The notes beneath the pieces are model-generated. The model made no database searches. It was not told the origin of the DNA and saw nothing but the letters and a program-made list of their open reading frames with translations. From Pecten maximus (taxonomy: Eukaryota), in contig NC_047023.1 of the NCBI RefSeq assembly GCF_902652985.1, positions 5,518,001-5,582,000 on the forward strand: a stretch of 64,000 nt of DNA, written 5' to 3'. Position numbers and translations under genes: made by a program. Shown in pieces: positions 10,473 through 23,269 of this stretch (its first letter is position 1; each line of letters starts with the position of its first letter).

Positions 10473-11213
10473 TGATTATTTTCCTCTTACCCTGTTTACC
10501 TTCTTATGCATCTAATATTGACGTTACATCAATGCAAGGAAATTTTGACGTGACGTGATTTAATTGTCGACGTAACGTCATTGTACTGTTGCCGTGACGT
10601 CATGGTATTGTCATCTTCGCTAGCCAAGGCTTCTGATTACGTTACACTACACGAACCCTTGGCGGATATAGTCGTGTTCAAACCGCCGCGCCCTGGAATC
10701 CCAGGGCACCCAATCAAATCGCGTTTTACGTTCAGGCTTGGTTTCGCAGTAAACAAAAATTGCGGCACCCAGTACAGAGCTACAATGTCGACTATGTCAT
10801 GGCATTTTACCTATATACAGAGACGAACTATTTATAGGGAAACATTCGCAGTGTTTGATCAATCTATTTAAGTCATTGATCACATATCTCATCAAAATGA
10901 CACAAGCCTCCATGTGTGTTTGTAAACATGCATGCGATATTCTTATTGTGTCAAGTTTGGAGACGTCAGAGTGTAGTACTGCGATGGACGAAGGATTTCC
11001 GGATAGTTTTTTTTAAGGTGCTGGGAAACAGCAACCTTAAGAGGTCATCGCCAAATTTCGCTAGAACAGATTAATTCGGAACTCTCGGGGGAATCAAAAT
11101 GGGGCTTATTTCAATGATAAATCCCGATAAGTTCAGATGAAACGCTGACAACACACTAAACAATCTTGTCTACTTTCGCGAAGTATTTGTTAGCCTATAT
11201 TGGTTAAGTAATA

Positions 11214-11337
11214 TGATTCAACCTTTTATATGTTTGAATACATTTGTTGAATTTAAATAAATTATAGAAGGATTTTTTCCCTTCTTTGATTTATTTAAAT
11301 TCATCAAATGTATTCAAACATATAAATGGTTGAATCA
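11214..11337. repeat. 124-bp near-perfect palindrome (MITE-like hairpin)
   Basis: Arm TGATTCAACC...AGAAGG is the reverse complement of CCTTCT...GGTTGAATCA, with a short spacer. Confidence 0.8.
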
Positions 11338-12220
11338 AACAGCTTAAATCGTACAAGATGACCTGTTTTATCCCCGAGTAATGACGCTTGCTTACTGGTT
11401 TGTATGAGGGGAGGTAACTCGAATACACTCTAGTTAATGCGACAATGGAAAGTCGCCTTGGGCTCTATCTTGGGTTGCTAAAAATGGCCCGGCCTCGCCT
11501 ACAGTCGAATACTGTTTTTAGTTTCGAATTTTCCAATTGGAAATCGATAAGTAAAATCTCCGATTGCTTTTACATTCGATACTTAAAATGAAAGTAGAAT
11601 ACTTCCGATTACAATGTATAGTTCATCCTTTCCGAGTAAAAGGCCAAACAAAAATCGCAAAGTATACAACATGAACGTGCGATTCAACAAGTCACCGGAA
11701 CAGATAATGTAGGCCTTTTCATCGTGAACAAATTATACTTCCCAGAAGAGTTTCTTCTAACGAAAGTTGTCACGTTCTAATAAGGATACAGATCAGTTAT
11801 TACACGAAGAGAAAAGGGCAGTAAATGGAGTGCAATTTAAAAACCTAGGAAAGTAAACCGTGGGAGAGTAATTCACAGGAATCATATATAGAGAATCGCA
11901 AAAAACATGACCGACATCATACATTAATCGATCTAAGAATTAAACTTAGTCATAGTATGCCAATTCAGGTTAGGTTTAAAAACGTAATTCTTCGCTGTTC
12001 ATCACAACTATAACACAACCACGGCCTTTTAAAAGTAAATAAATTCCTGAGAATGACATAGGATAATCATCAGTAAAACAATCAGGAATGCACTTAAAAA
12101 AACAATAAAAACGTCTTATTATAACATGCCATTTTATATTCATATACATGTAATAGTTTTGTTTCTGTATTTCAATCCCCCATGCACAGCACATTTGAGT
12201 CGCCTCGACACTTTGATTTT

Positions 12221-13005
12221 CTGTATACAGTCACACTCCATTTGATTTCTATATATACAGTCACACTCCATTTGATTTCTTTATACAGTCACACTCCATT
12301 TGATTTCTATATATACAGTCACACTCCATTTGATTTTCTGTATACAGTCACACTCCATTTGATTTCTATATATACAGTCACACTCCATTTGATTTTCTGT
12401 ATACAGTCACACTCCATTTGATTTTCTGTATACAGTCACACTCCATTTGATTTTCTGTATACAGTCACACTCCATTTGATTTCTATATACAGTTACACTC
12501 CATTTGATTTTCGGTATACGGTCACACTCCATTTGATTTCTGTATACAGTCACACTCCATTTGATTTTCTGTATACAGTCACACTCCATTTGATTTTCTG
12601 TATACAGTCACACTCGATCCATTTGATTTTCTGTATACAGTCACACTCCATTTGATTTTCTGTATACACTATACAGTCACACTCCATTTGATTTTCTGTA
12701 TACAGTCACACTCCATTTGATTTCTATATACAGTCACACTCCATTTGATTTTCTGTATACAGTCACACTCCATTTGATTTTCTGTATACAGTCACACTCC
12801 ATTTGATTTCTATATACGGTCACACTCCATTTGATTTTCTGTATACAGTCACACTCCATTTGATTTCTATATACAGTTACACTCCATTTGATTTTCTGTA
12901 TACAGTCACACTCCATTTGATTTTCTGTATACAGTCACACTCCATTTGATTTTCTGTATACAGTCACACTCCACTTGACTTTCGGTATACGGTCACACTC
13001 CATTT
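12221..13005. repeat. Minisatellite, 28-30-bp unit
   Basis: Unit CTGTATACAGTCACACTCCATTTGATTTT. Confidence 0.95.
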
Positions 13006-13100
13006 GCTTCTTTTAAAACAATATCATATCTAAATTTTCATAAACTGATAAATTCCATAGTTACCTAGTGTATTAAGGAACTGAAACAGTACATTGTATT

Positions 13101-13245
13101 TAAGCATTGGGCTGCTTTTAGTTGGCAGTTACATTTGTATGTCAGTAAATCGGCCAATTGGACAAAGGCAAATGAAATGAAATTTACCTTTGTGTAGTTG
13201 GCATTTTCAGCCAATAAGTGCCAACTAAAAGTAGTCCAATGCTTA
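13101..13245. mobile_element. Small MITE with ~31-bp TIRs
   Basis: TAAGCATTGGGCTGCTTTTAGTTGGCAGTTA / TAAGTGCCAACTAAAAGTAGTCCAATGCTTA, with TA ends. Confidence 0.65.
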
Positions 13246-13666
13246 TATTTACCACTTACGGTTTAAAAAAGAAAAATACAATGCAATGTAAAATTAACGG
13301 AATGCATGTTTCCGCGCCATTCTCGGCTGTGAGCTCTGCCATGTTATTTCGCGTAAAAAATGTAGTGCGTAAGTCTGGATAATAGAAAACCAGACAATAA
13401 TAATCTGTGTAATACAAATATTTCATATAAATTGATATTATGAAATGCAAAATATAAACTGTCCGTCAAGTGTCTCTAAAGGAAAATGTGTAATGATAGA
13501 TAGGCCTAGTGTACGCTGACGTGTAAGCTGCTAAACTTACTATAGCGATGCATATACAAATGTACGGTAGTCCCCCGTTAAACCGCCATCTTTTGTCCAG
13601 GGAAATGGGCCGGGGTTTGGCGGTATTTAAAACCCGGGTGCCGGGTTGACAAACGGGGGGTTTTTC

Positions 13667-14166
13667 NNNNNNNNNNNNNNNNNNNNNNNNNNNNNNNNNN
13701 NNNNNNNNNNNNNNNNNNNNNNNNNNNNNNNNNNNNNNNNNNNNNNNNNNNNNNNNNNNNNNNNNNNNNNNNNNNNNNNNNNNNNNNNNNNNNNNNNNNN
13801 NNNNNNNNNNNNNNNNNNNNNNNNNNNNNNNNNNNNNNNNNNNNNNNNNNNNNNNNNNNNNNNNNNNNNNNNNNNNNNNNNNNNNNNNNNNNNNNNNNNN
13901 NNNNNNNNNNNNNNNNNNNNNNNNNNNNNNNNNNNNNNNNNNNNNNNNNNNNNNNNNNNNNNNNNNNNNNNNNNNNNNNNNNNNNNNNNNNNNNNNNNNN
14001 NNNNNNNNNNNNNNNNNNNNNNNNNNNNNNNNNNNNNNNNNNNNNNNNNNNNNNNNNNNNNNNNNNNNNNNNNNNNNNNNNNNNNNNNNNNNNNNNNNNN
14101 NNNNNNNNNNNNNNNNNNNNNNNNNNNNNNNNNNNNNNNNNNNNNNNNNNNNNNNNNNNNNNNNNN
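13667..14166. other. Assembly gap (500 N)
   Basis: Fixed-length N run; true size unknown. Confidence 1.
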
Positions 14167-15478
14167 AAGTTTGGACTGGCATACTACAATGTGTTCTTTT
14201 GGATGAATTCAAGCCAAACAGGCGGTCGATTGCTGCCCAAATTCCGGTTTGATCTTCCTGATTTTGTTTATTACGTCGCTTCATGCCAATATGAGATGTG
14301 GGACGAAACAGGTCGTGTCTGTCACACTGACCGGTAGTCCTGTTCAGTTTGAATCCCATTCGGCACTGACACGTATAAGAACCAACGTCATTACGGCAGA
14401 TTTTGTCACTTGAACAATTTGCCACGCCATCATAACATTCGTCTTGGTCAATACAGATGCTATACTTAGGGGACCATATGAAGCCTTTTCGTTCATTTTT
14501 ACAATTACACGTGTAGTTTATTCTGTTCCTTTGAAGATAATCAAAGACAGTGTTTTTTCCAGTCTCCCAAAAACAGGCTTTGTCTTTCAACCGCGAGCAC
14601 GGATTAAGAAGGTCGGCCACGCCTGACCTGAAGTCTTTAAAGTTACCAGAGTCATTCTTTCCATAACACGGATCAGGGCAAAACCATATATAGGCACACG
14701 TAAAAGGTGAAACATAGTTGGCTCTTTTAGCATTAGCTACGTAAATAGACCTTATGTCGTGTATTATATTGCCATTTGCTTCATGGGTTTTTTTCAGGTT
14801 TTCTAGACAGTGTCCCCCTTCGTATGCCAGAAGCTTGCGACGACGATCTGTGAACCAACACATGTAGTAGCTGGCAGTAGTTCGATACTGAAACTGTTCC
14901 AATGCAGAGCTGAACGGATATTCAGGGAGGAGTGCGTCCTTCTTGTAATGTTTATGGAATTTGGCAAGTGATCCGGACATATTGGCAACAGTGGCGATTT
15001 CCGTGATACATTCAAACTCACCTTTATTGCAAGCTTTCTCCACAACCGGATGGAGCTTCTTTAGACGTGGAATTGGGAAATGCTTGTAGAATTTACGATC
15101 TTCATATTTAGTCGTCGAAAACGTGTATCTTCTATCAACTTCGAAGTATTTATGAGCTGCTAGATAGATACCAGCAAGTTTTAAGCTTGCTGCCATCATA
15201 TTTGGAAATATTTTTTCCATCGACTCACTTTTTCTCTTGGCCAATTTCACCCAGCTCACGATGCCGTAAGGTTCAGATTTACGCTTCACACGAAAAAGAG
15301 GCTTTTGTGACACCGGTTTACCATTAGTGATATCCATTACGGAATAGTTTCTGTCTGATTTTTCGATTTGATGCACAAGTAATTGCCGAATATCATTGCT
15401 ACTTAAGCTCACTGCAACATCCGTGAAATAAAGTGCACACAAAAGTATAACCGTAGTTTTCACAGACATATTTCCCAT
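14167..15478 (-). CDS. Secreted cysteine-rich protein with a C-terminal calcium-binding EGF domain; intronless, 3'-partial (>=437 aa)
   Basis: Long clean ORF with a signal-peptide-like N-terminus (VILLCALYFTDVAVS) and basic processing sites (RVKRK). Cys-rich region YYMCWFT..FCPDPCY..NYTCNC; canonical cbEGF DQDEC...CRNDVGSYTCQCRMGF...C at 14324-14449. The stop codon lies in the gap. Confidence 0.9.
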
Positions 15479-17776
15479 GGTAGCATCTACGATGACGTAA
15501 TAATCTTTATATTTACGTCATTGATGAGCAAACTTGCAAATAATGACGTAAGGCATTGGATATTGACGTCACTGTTGTTAATGGGCACGTTCAATTTGGC
15601 AAAGCTTTTGAGTAATATGCATGGAATCAAAAGTGAAAAAAAGGCATTGGAGAATATATAGTACTGAATCTTCTTAATCATTGACTTTGTTAACGCATCA
15701 TGTACAGTATATCTTGTATATTTTATAACAATGCTTTAGTTTTGACAATGTGTTGGTGTTCATCTCATATCGCCAATATTGATCTTGCCCCTTTTTGCCG
15801 ATCGTATTGATACAAGACCTGATATAGACGTACGGCGCCATTGACATGTTTTATGCAAATATTAAATTTGTAATTTGTTTTGTTGTTTATATCCGACGAT
15901 TCTCTGCAATGGCACCTTTACTAGCCACGGATTATCTTGTGAAGAGGATTGGGCGATTAGCATTTCAGACCACACGTGATAATAAAACAACATTGTAACG
16001 AAGGTGAACAGAAACCTATCAGTGTTATTATTTTTAATTATTTTCCTGTCCATTTAGGTTAACAGAGGAGTTCACCACAGCCATCACTTCCCCGAAACAG
16101 ACGACTATCTGTACTGTTACTGTTCGATGTTGATGAGGTCATATGGAGTGCGAGTAGGCGTATTTTGACAAATAGAGCTGTATAAATATTCAGAAGTTTT
16201 AGCTAGTTTGATCACTAGTTAAAATAGACACATTTCAAAAAAGTCTCTGGTTTTACTTTTCTGGTTCACCATTTTACTTTTAAGCTTTGCATTTAGATCG
16301 ATTGTTCAAAATGTACATGTTTTACTTTTACCGAACTTGGCTAAACTGGAATATGATCACGAATTTATGGCCCAGAGACCCTGGAATCTGGATTTTGTGT
16401 TGATCAGCTTCTCAAAAATATTACTTATTCCAACCAAACGTATTGTTGTATGGACATCTTAACCGATCCGAAAGATAAAATTAGTTTTTCCTTTCTTCTT
16501 TTTTTTTCCCCTGTGAATTTTGGGGTTAAATTATATTTTTTATGTGTGTTTGTGTGTGTGATTCTTATGTAGTTATGTATTAAAAATGTCTTTAAAAATA
16601 AAAAAAAATAAAAAATAAAAAAACCAAACTTTTATTTTAATTAATTGACATTCAATTTTAAAGAAGTTATTTATGATATGGGAAGAGTGATTTTTGGGAG
16701 TAAAAATGTCATACAGTACTTATGGGTAATTAGTGAATTAGCGAGATTTCCTATTTTCTTTGCAATACATCAATTTTTACGCATGTTAACTATCACTTCA
16801 TTAACGTAGATTTTTGTTTGACTGTGGTATTCTAGGACAAAAAAGAAAAAAGAAAAAAAGAAAAACAGAATATTTAGCACATTCTTGGTGTTTAACTGGT
16901 TGTGAAATTGCAGTTTTAAAAGTAGAAAGAGAAGATGATGTTTTCACGTCTAGACATTTTATATGCCTATAAAACCCAACATAAAATATCATGTGATAGC
17001 TATTTTCGTCCATTTTCATATAAATAATTTGAATATATCTTTGTTGTAATACAAATGATTTACGACTTTTACTTTATCAAAGACATTTATGTATCAGGAA
17101 GCGATGAAGTATCTTTTCAGCGAACACCTATGAAATCTCGTACTCGAAAAAGTGTTTAATACTTGTCTGTAGAAACCATTCTGATGTGAGAATGACAGAA
17201 AGATTTATAAAGGGGAATGGATTCGTATACGTGTGTAAGTGCATGTTTGTGTTTTTCAGTTTTTAAAAATCGTGCACAAGACAGCTAAATATAACAACGG
17301 GATACGTCCTTGATAAAACGTCTAGTGATATAACAACGAGAAGCTGATCGATGTTGTGATGTATCACATGCTTTGTGAAGTCAACCGTGTATTTGTCAAA
17401 TTGTGTATTACTAAACATCTTGATGACACGAGACCATCTGTTTACCCGTGTCTAACGGGTTTGACCAGGACAGGCCGCGTCGTTTACTATGAAAAGAAAG
17501 GTGTACTGATCGGTCGATCTGTCCTGCTTCGTTGATTAGCATTATTGTACATTTTGTATGTGTCAATCTCCCGCGGTCCCAATTAGCGATATGCACATGT
17601 AACGTTACAGGTGTCAAATAGTCGTACTTGTACGTCCAACAGATACCGTATTATCTAAACCGATATTTCGTTCTACACAAGCACTTTCTTAAATGCAGCA
17701 AATTAACTCTCAAATACTGTAATGGATGTATGTCCTATATGTAAACAAAACGGTGAAGCCTTCCCAAAAGGTTTCT

Positions 17777-18319
17777 TATGGTGGCATGGATCTGCCATCA
17801 CATAACGAGATAATTTTGTCAACATAGCGAGATAAATATACCATATAGCGAGATAATAAAACGACATAGCGAGATAAAACAACCGACATAGCGAGATCAT
17901 TTAATGCGTTTACGAAGTCGCTCTCTCGACATCTCGCCGCATTAGATGCTACTACTGACATGGATTTTTTTCTTGTCAACGTCACGTGAACTCCATTCGG
18001 AAGTTCAGCGCGCCAGTGCACACGAGGCTTGGACAGGAAAGCTGAACGGCCCAACACCTACAACAAACAGGTAAACTAAGTAAAGCATATTGGATACCTA
18101 TGGCGCGCTGAACTTCCGAATGGGGGTCACGTGACGTTGACAAGAAAAAAAGTCCATGTCAGTAGTAGCATCTAATGCGGCAAGATGTCGAGAAAGCGAC
18201 TTCATAAACGCATTAAATTATCTCGCTATGTTGGTTTTATTATCTCGCTATATGGTATATTTGTCTCGCTATAATGACAAAATTATCTCGTTATGTGATG
18301 GCAGATCCATGTCACCATA
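17777..18319. mobile_element. Foldback-like non-autonomous DNA transposon, IS3EU-type termini
   Basis: TIRs of ~220-240 bp with internal ATAGCGAGATA repeats and an ~85-bp spacer; TAT..ATA termini; exact 6-bp TSD GTTTCT (17771-17776, 18320-18325). Confidence 0.85.
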
Positions 18320-18429
18320 GTTTCTAGTCCTAGTTATTCAATTACATTTCATTTTTTTTCCAGTAGCTCCAAATACAGTTGTGTGATCGCACAACGTTCC
18401 AAAAACATCGTGCAGACATCGTGCGCACA

Positions 18430-18560
18430 AAGTTCAAGTTCAAGTTCAAGTTTTATTTTATTTGAGTGTCACATGTCAATACAATACTTGATTAAAAAAT
18501 GTACATAAGAACAATAAAATACATATTGACATCGAGCCATTATTGGCTTATGAGACACTA
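18430..18560 (-). mobile_element. Probable 3' end of a LINE/SINE
   Basis: On the minus strand, AATAAA followed by a (TTGAAC)n tail, preceded by the small hairpin AGCCATTATTGGCT. Confidence 0.45.
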
Positions 18561-19118
18561 ATTACGATTAAAATCGATTAAAAGCTATCAATTATGCTAT
18601 CCGTTATTGTTAAATTATACAATGATTAAAATATATAGATTATCAATGTCACATACAAACCGCACAACTAACGATAGGTTTATAAATATTACGAAATAAC
18701 TAGTTATACGAAAACATATACGAAAAAGGTTAAAATTATGATATTAGATGGTCGCTATTATATATACGTGCTGCATAACAATTGTTTTCATTCATGGAAC
18801 ATGTATGACCTGTTGATTTTTGCCATTTAAGTACCGTCATTTTGTCTCGCAAGTATTCGTGATGTTTTCGACGGCCTGGTGATACATCTACATGTACAGT
18901 ATACATGTACCAGAATGGTAGACGGGCTCCACTACGATTATTTTTCTTACTTAATAAATAAATCACATATATTATGTATTTTCAAACAAAACAGAAATGT
19001 TTCTTTTCAAAACAAGTCGTTTTAACTGTTGTTTAGTTCTACATGTATAAAATATCCCGTATATATAATCTCGTTATTTACACATGGCTTTTGTAGCGAC
19101 TCTGTGTCTTCAGCGACT

Positions 19119-19656
19119 CTGCCCTGCAGGTAGGGCGTAAGAATTGTACCTGCTGCCCCCATTGCATGATCGTAAGAGGCGACTAAATTTGGGATCTTAT
19201 CTTTTCTCTTCTTTCTTAACAACTTTCTTCTTCCTAATGTCTCCCTTGACAATGCCTCACTTTTGGCCTTTAGTTGAGCGTTCGCCCCTGTGAGGAAGGC
19301 TTTGGGTTCTGTCCCCTGGCCGAGACATACCAGAGTCTTTAAAAATGGTAGTTGCTGCTCCTGCTTGGCGCTCGGCGAATTAGGAGTGGGACGACTGGTT
19401 CGCCCGTTGTCAGTATAATGTGACCGGGTGGGGTGTGCTGCTGGGTGTCTTCGGCAGTATGCTTCAGTGAGGTAGCACTGTAAATCGGCAAAAGTTCCGG
19501 CCTATCACAAGGAGACTTAACACGAACATACCGCAGCCTCCCAAAACACACATACGCATTCATCACACTCATACATTTCGCACGCACGGGAGGCCGTCCT
19601 TGGATGACCTTGGCTGTTAATAGGACGTTAAACAAAATAAACCAAACCAAACCAAA
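19119..19656 (+). mobile_element. Meta-domain SINE (BivaMeta/RUDI-like) with ~140-bp 5' extension, copy 1
   Basis: 11-bp TSD CTTCAGCGACT; decayed tRNA A/B boxes (~19260-19320); Meta-like CATACCAGAGTCTTTAAAAATGGTAGTTGCTGCTCC; (AAACC)n tail; highly similar to 48589-49131. Confidence 0.9.
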
Positions 19657-21409
19657 CTTCAGCGACTTAACGTTTTTAAACAAGTTGTACATTACCTTCG
19701 CTAATATACAGTATCATAATCTTCTAACTGAAATCTTGAATTTCTTTTTGGAACACGTGGTTTCCTTTTTTACAGGACTTGAGGTTTCCTTTTTAATAGA
19801 TAGATTTGTGGGAGTTTTTTTTTTTTGTTGAATATGAGTTTTTGACGGACCTAGTTTTTTTCGTAAATTTTGGCGTTTTATTTGATAACCCATTAGTTAC
19901 ATCTTCTCTAAATCTGCAAGCTGGACTGGAGTATCTTATAAGTAGTATATAACTGGCTTTCTAGTTAACTGACATCGACCAGTATAAGCTAATTTGATGA
20001 TTAATTATATTCATCAAGGTGTGAACGAGGCGCCCGTTACCTGGTCATGGTGACCGGTGTATCGTGTAATCCTATTTGTTGTTTTAGTACATTTGTATCA
20101 ATCGGAACTCCTCGGGTATTCTTTTCAATAATCCACGACTTTAATTAGGTGGGTCACAGCAACAGGTTTTACGTGCGGTGGTGATTAGAGGTTACATGAC
20201 AGCCTGTCAAAAGTTTCCTGTCGTGTAAACCTCTAATATTATTGGAGTACCACGATACCTATCGCACATGTACCGTTCCAATCGCCCATCGTGCGCACAT
20301 TTTCCTGCACGATCCGTATCGCACATATCGCACATTGTGCAGACATCGTGCGTGCGCACATCGCACATCGTGGAACGTTGTGCGATCACATATCTGTACC
20401 AATCCCTATCAAAATCTTTTCAAAATGTCACAAAATTCCAAAATATATACATTTTTTTCGTGCCGTGCAAATTAATGACATTCCAATAAGTTCGTAAACA
20501 TGCAGTAGAATGACCTGACATAAAACAAGACTTGCGCCCGCGGATGTATAAAGCTCAAAATGTGTCTCATCGGCGCCACAGATGTAAAATACGAAAATGT
20601 CTCAAAATTTCTATTTAACTAAAACCAATAAATCCAACAAGACTTGATGATGTGAAATATTATCGATAAACTGGGAGATTCATAGTCATTTCGATCGTGA
20701 ACTTTGCTCTAAATATACATAATTCGTGGATTGGGACATCTTTGGTCATACCCACCCCAACTACGTATACGGACGACAAAAATTGAGATGTGTTTTTCCT
20801 GTCCATTATCCTTGAAAATTATAGCCAATTTATCATATTGTTCCGTGGTCGGGTTATTTTCCTCGAAGGAATGCATTATTAGATAAAAAAAAAAAAATGT
20901 TATCCATGTTTTCAGCCCGTTTTCCGTGTTCATCGTTGTCCGGGTGTAAAATCCATCGACGCCCAGGTGTTTGAACCAAGTGTGATTTATCATTGAATAC
21001 ACCGACTCTGTGATCACATACACTGTCTAGTGATGCCTCTTTTAGGTATTTGGGACGATTATTAGCCTGAAGAATGAGCGAACTTCTACTCTATCAAAAA
21101 TCATTGAGATACCGATTCATTATGTAACATCTCTTCCAACTCGGATATTCTTTATGATTGCCCCACAACAAAATCTGACGGGTCTCTAAAATGCAGACTG
21201 GACCGACCGTAACTAGAGTCGTTTAATAACATCCTTCACCCTAGAACGAGTATTCATACCCTGTCTTCACTTGTCTCCGGCACCATCTGTCAGAAATTGT
21301 CCGTCCGTCGTCCAGAGCTACATTATCGCAGCTACCTTCACCCTAACGCAGACTGGTGACCTAGGACTATCCCCTCCCAATATAAATGTTACCAATCATT
21401 TGTCATCCT

Positions 21410-22252
21410 CACTCAAGTATCTGTATGTCCAGACTCTCACGTGGGATAACCACTCAGTGATCTGTATTTCCAGATAAAAACAACCACTCAGTGATCTGTC
21501 TGTCAAGACTGTCCTGTGTGATAAAAAAAATCACTCAGTGATCTGTCTGTCAAGGCTCTCTCGTGCGATAAAAACAACCACTCAAGTATCTGTATGTCCA
21601 GATAAAAACAACCACTCAAATATCTATTTGTCCAGATAAAAAACAACCACTCAGTGATCTGTCTGTCAAGACTGTCCCGTGTGATAAAAACAACCACTCA
21701 AGTATATGTATGTCCAGATAAAAACAACCACTCAAGTATCTGTATGTCCAGATAAAAACAACCACTCAAGTATCTGTATGTCAAGGCTGTCCCGTGTGAT
21801 AAAAACAACCACTCAAGTATCTGTATGTCCAGATAAAAACAACCACTCAAGTATCTGTATGTCCAGATAAAAACACTGTCCTGTGTGATAAAAACAACAA
21901 CTCAAGTATCTGTATGTCCAGGCTCTCCCGTGTGATAAAAACAACCACTCAAATATCTGTATGTCCAGATAAAAACAACCACTCAAGTATCTGTATGTCC
22001 AGATAAAAACACTGTCCCGTGTGATAAAAACAACCACTCAAGTATCTGTTTGTCCAGATAAAACAACCACTCCAGTATCTGTCTGTCCAGATAAAAACAA
22101 CCACTCAAGTATCTGTATGTCCAGATAAAAACAACACCTCAAATATCTGTATGTCCAGATAAAAACAACCACTTAAGTATCTGTATGTCCAGATAAAAAC
22201 AACACCTCAAATATCTGTATGTCCAGGCTCCCCCGTGTGATAAAAACAACCA
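21410..22252. repeat. Minisatellite, 34-bp unit with interspersed longer variants
   Basis: Unit CCAGATAAAAACAACCACTCAAGTATCTGTATGT; variants contain CTGTCCCGTGTGAT. Confidence 0.9.
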
Positions 22253-22884
22253 TTTTACATCCTTTGTACTTAACATAGGACACAGTTCGCAATTAATCAC
22301 TCACTAGAGGGTATCAGTATTGCCGATCAAGATAGTATATAGAGTCATTAAAATACACAGTTTAACATAAGGTACATGCAATAGTGCACCAGTCTACAAA
22401 CTACACTACATATTAACATCATAACTAATACGTCACCAATCGGCCCTTGCGAACCATTTATCACGTGCAGCCCCCATCTTCTCGCAGTCCCCGATAAAAT
22501 GACCAGGGCGATCATAAAACAGACGGTTCCCCTAACCGATTGACCCGTCCCTGCAACGCAATAATTACGGCGATAGTTAAACTGTCCCATTTAGGGATGA
22601 TAGAGAGGCATTGAATCATGTAAGGCATGTGTAATTGTGTTAATGGCCGAGTATATAAACCCACCAGACGGGACTATCTTACCAATAGTTGTAGGGACAG
22701 AGCCCTAGTAACCAAATTGGACGCTTTACCTCCTAATAAATTCAAATAAAATGATGCTACGTCAATTTTGACGCGTTTGAAAAAGCTTGACACTAAATTA
22801 CTTTGTAAACATCAGCAACCTCACAATTAGGTCTCTTTAAAAAACGCAAACTTATTTTACAACAGTTTCGAAAGTAGTTAAATT

Positions 22885-23078
22885 AACTTATATAAATCAC
22901 GCTTGTTGGGCCCGATTGAAGCGCACGAGGGGTCTTAGTGTGTGAGGAAACCAGAGAGCCCGGGGAAATCTCACGTGGTCGGGCAGGTGACCCCATACCT
23001 TTTCACGTCCGATCGGGGAATCGAACCCCGGCCGCCCAGGTGAAAGGCAAGTGTGTTACAACTGTGTCATCTGACCAC
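22885..23078 (-). mobile_element. tRNA-derived V-type SINE
   Basis: Minus strand: tRNA-like head with B box GGTTCGATTCCCC, then V-domain-like TTTCCCCGGGCTCTCTGGTTTCCTC. Confidence 0.75.
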
Positions 23079-23269
23079 TCTAATAACGTCTTTTTGATGT
23101 AATATCTACCAAGCGTCACCAACAAACGAGGAACCCTAGGGTTAGCTTGTGACGCTAAACAACGTATAGTTCTTAATGAAGTTGTACTTCCGCCTTCCCT
23201 TGGGGCTCTAAAGTTCCATGATTTTCAAGGGCCGATGTCATCTCTGTGTTCCTGTCTGAAAGGAGTCGT

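Larger units (their letters stand above)
18376..20396. mobile_element. TA-flanked DNA element (Tc1/mariner-like TIRs) containing nested insertions
   Basis: TA|CAGTTGTGTGATCGCACAACGTTCCA ... TGGAACGTTGTGCGATCACATATCTG|TA, with shared subterminal ACATCGTGC repeats at both ends. Confidence 0.65.

Noticed and set aside
13466-15478. 670-aa ORF (and the 186-aa ORF at 13646-14206) in the ORF track
   Set aside because: Both read through the 500-N gap. Only 14167-15478 is real coding sequence; the part beyond the gap is unrelated low-quality, MITE-like sequence.
19022-19692. Duplicated small ORFs also seen at 48564-49120
   Set aside because: They are antisense translations of two copies of the same SINE.
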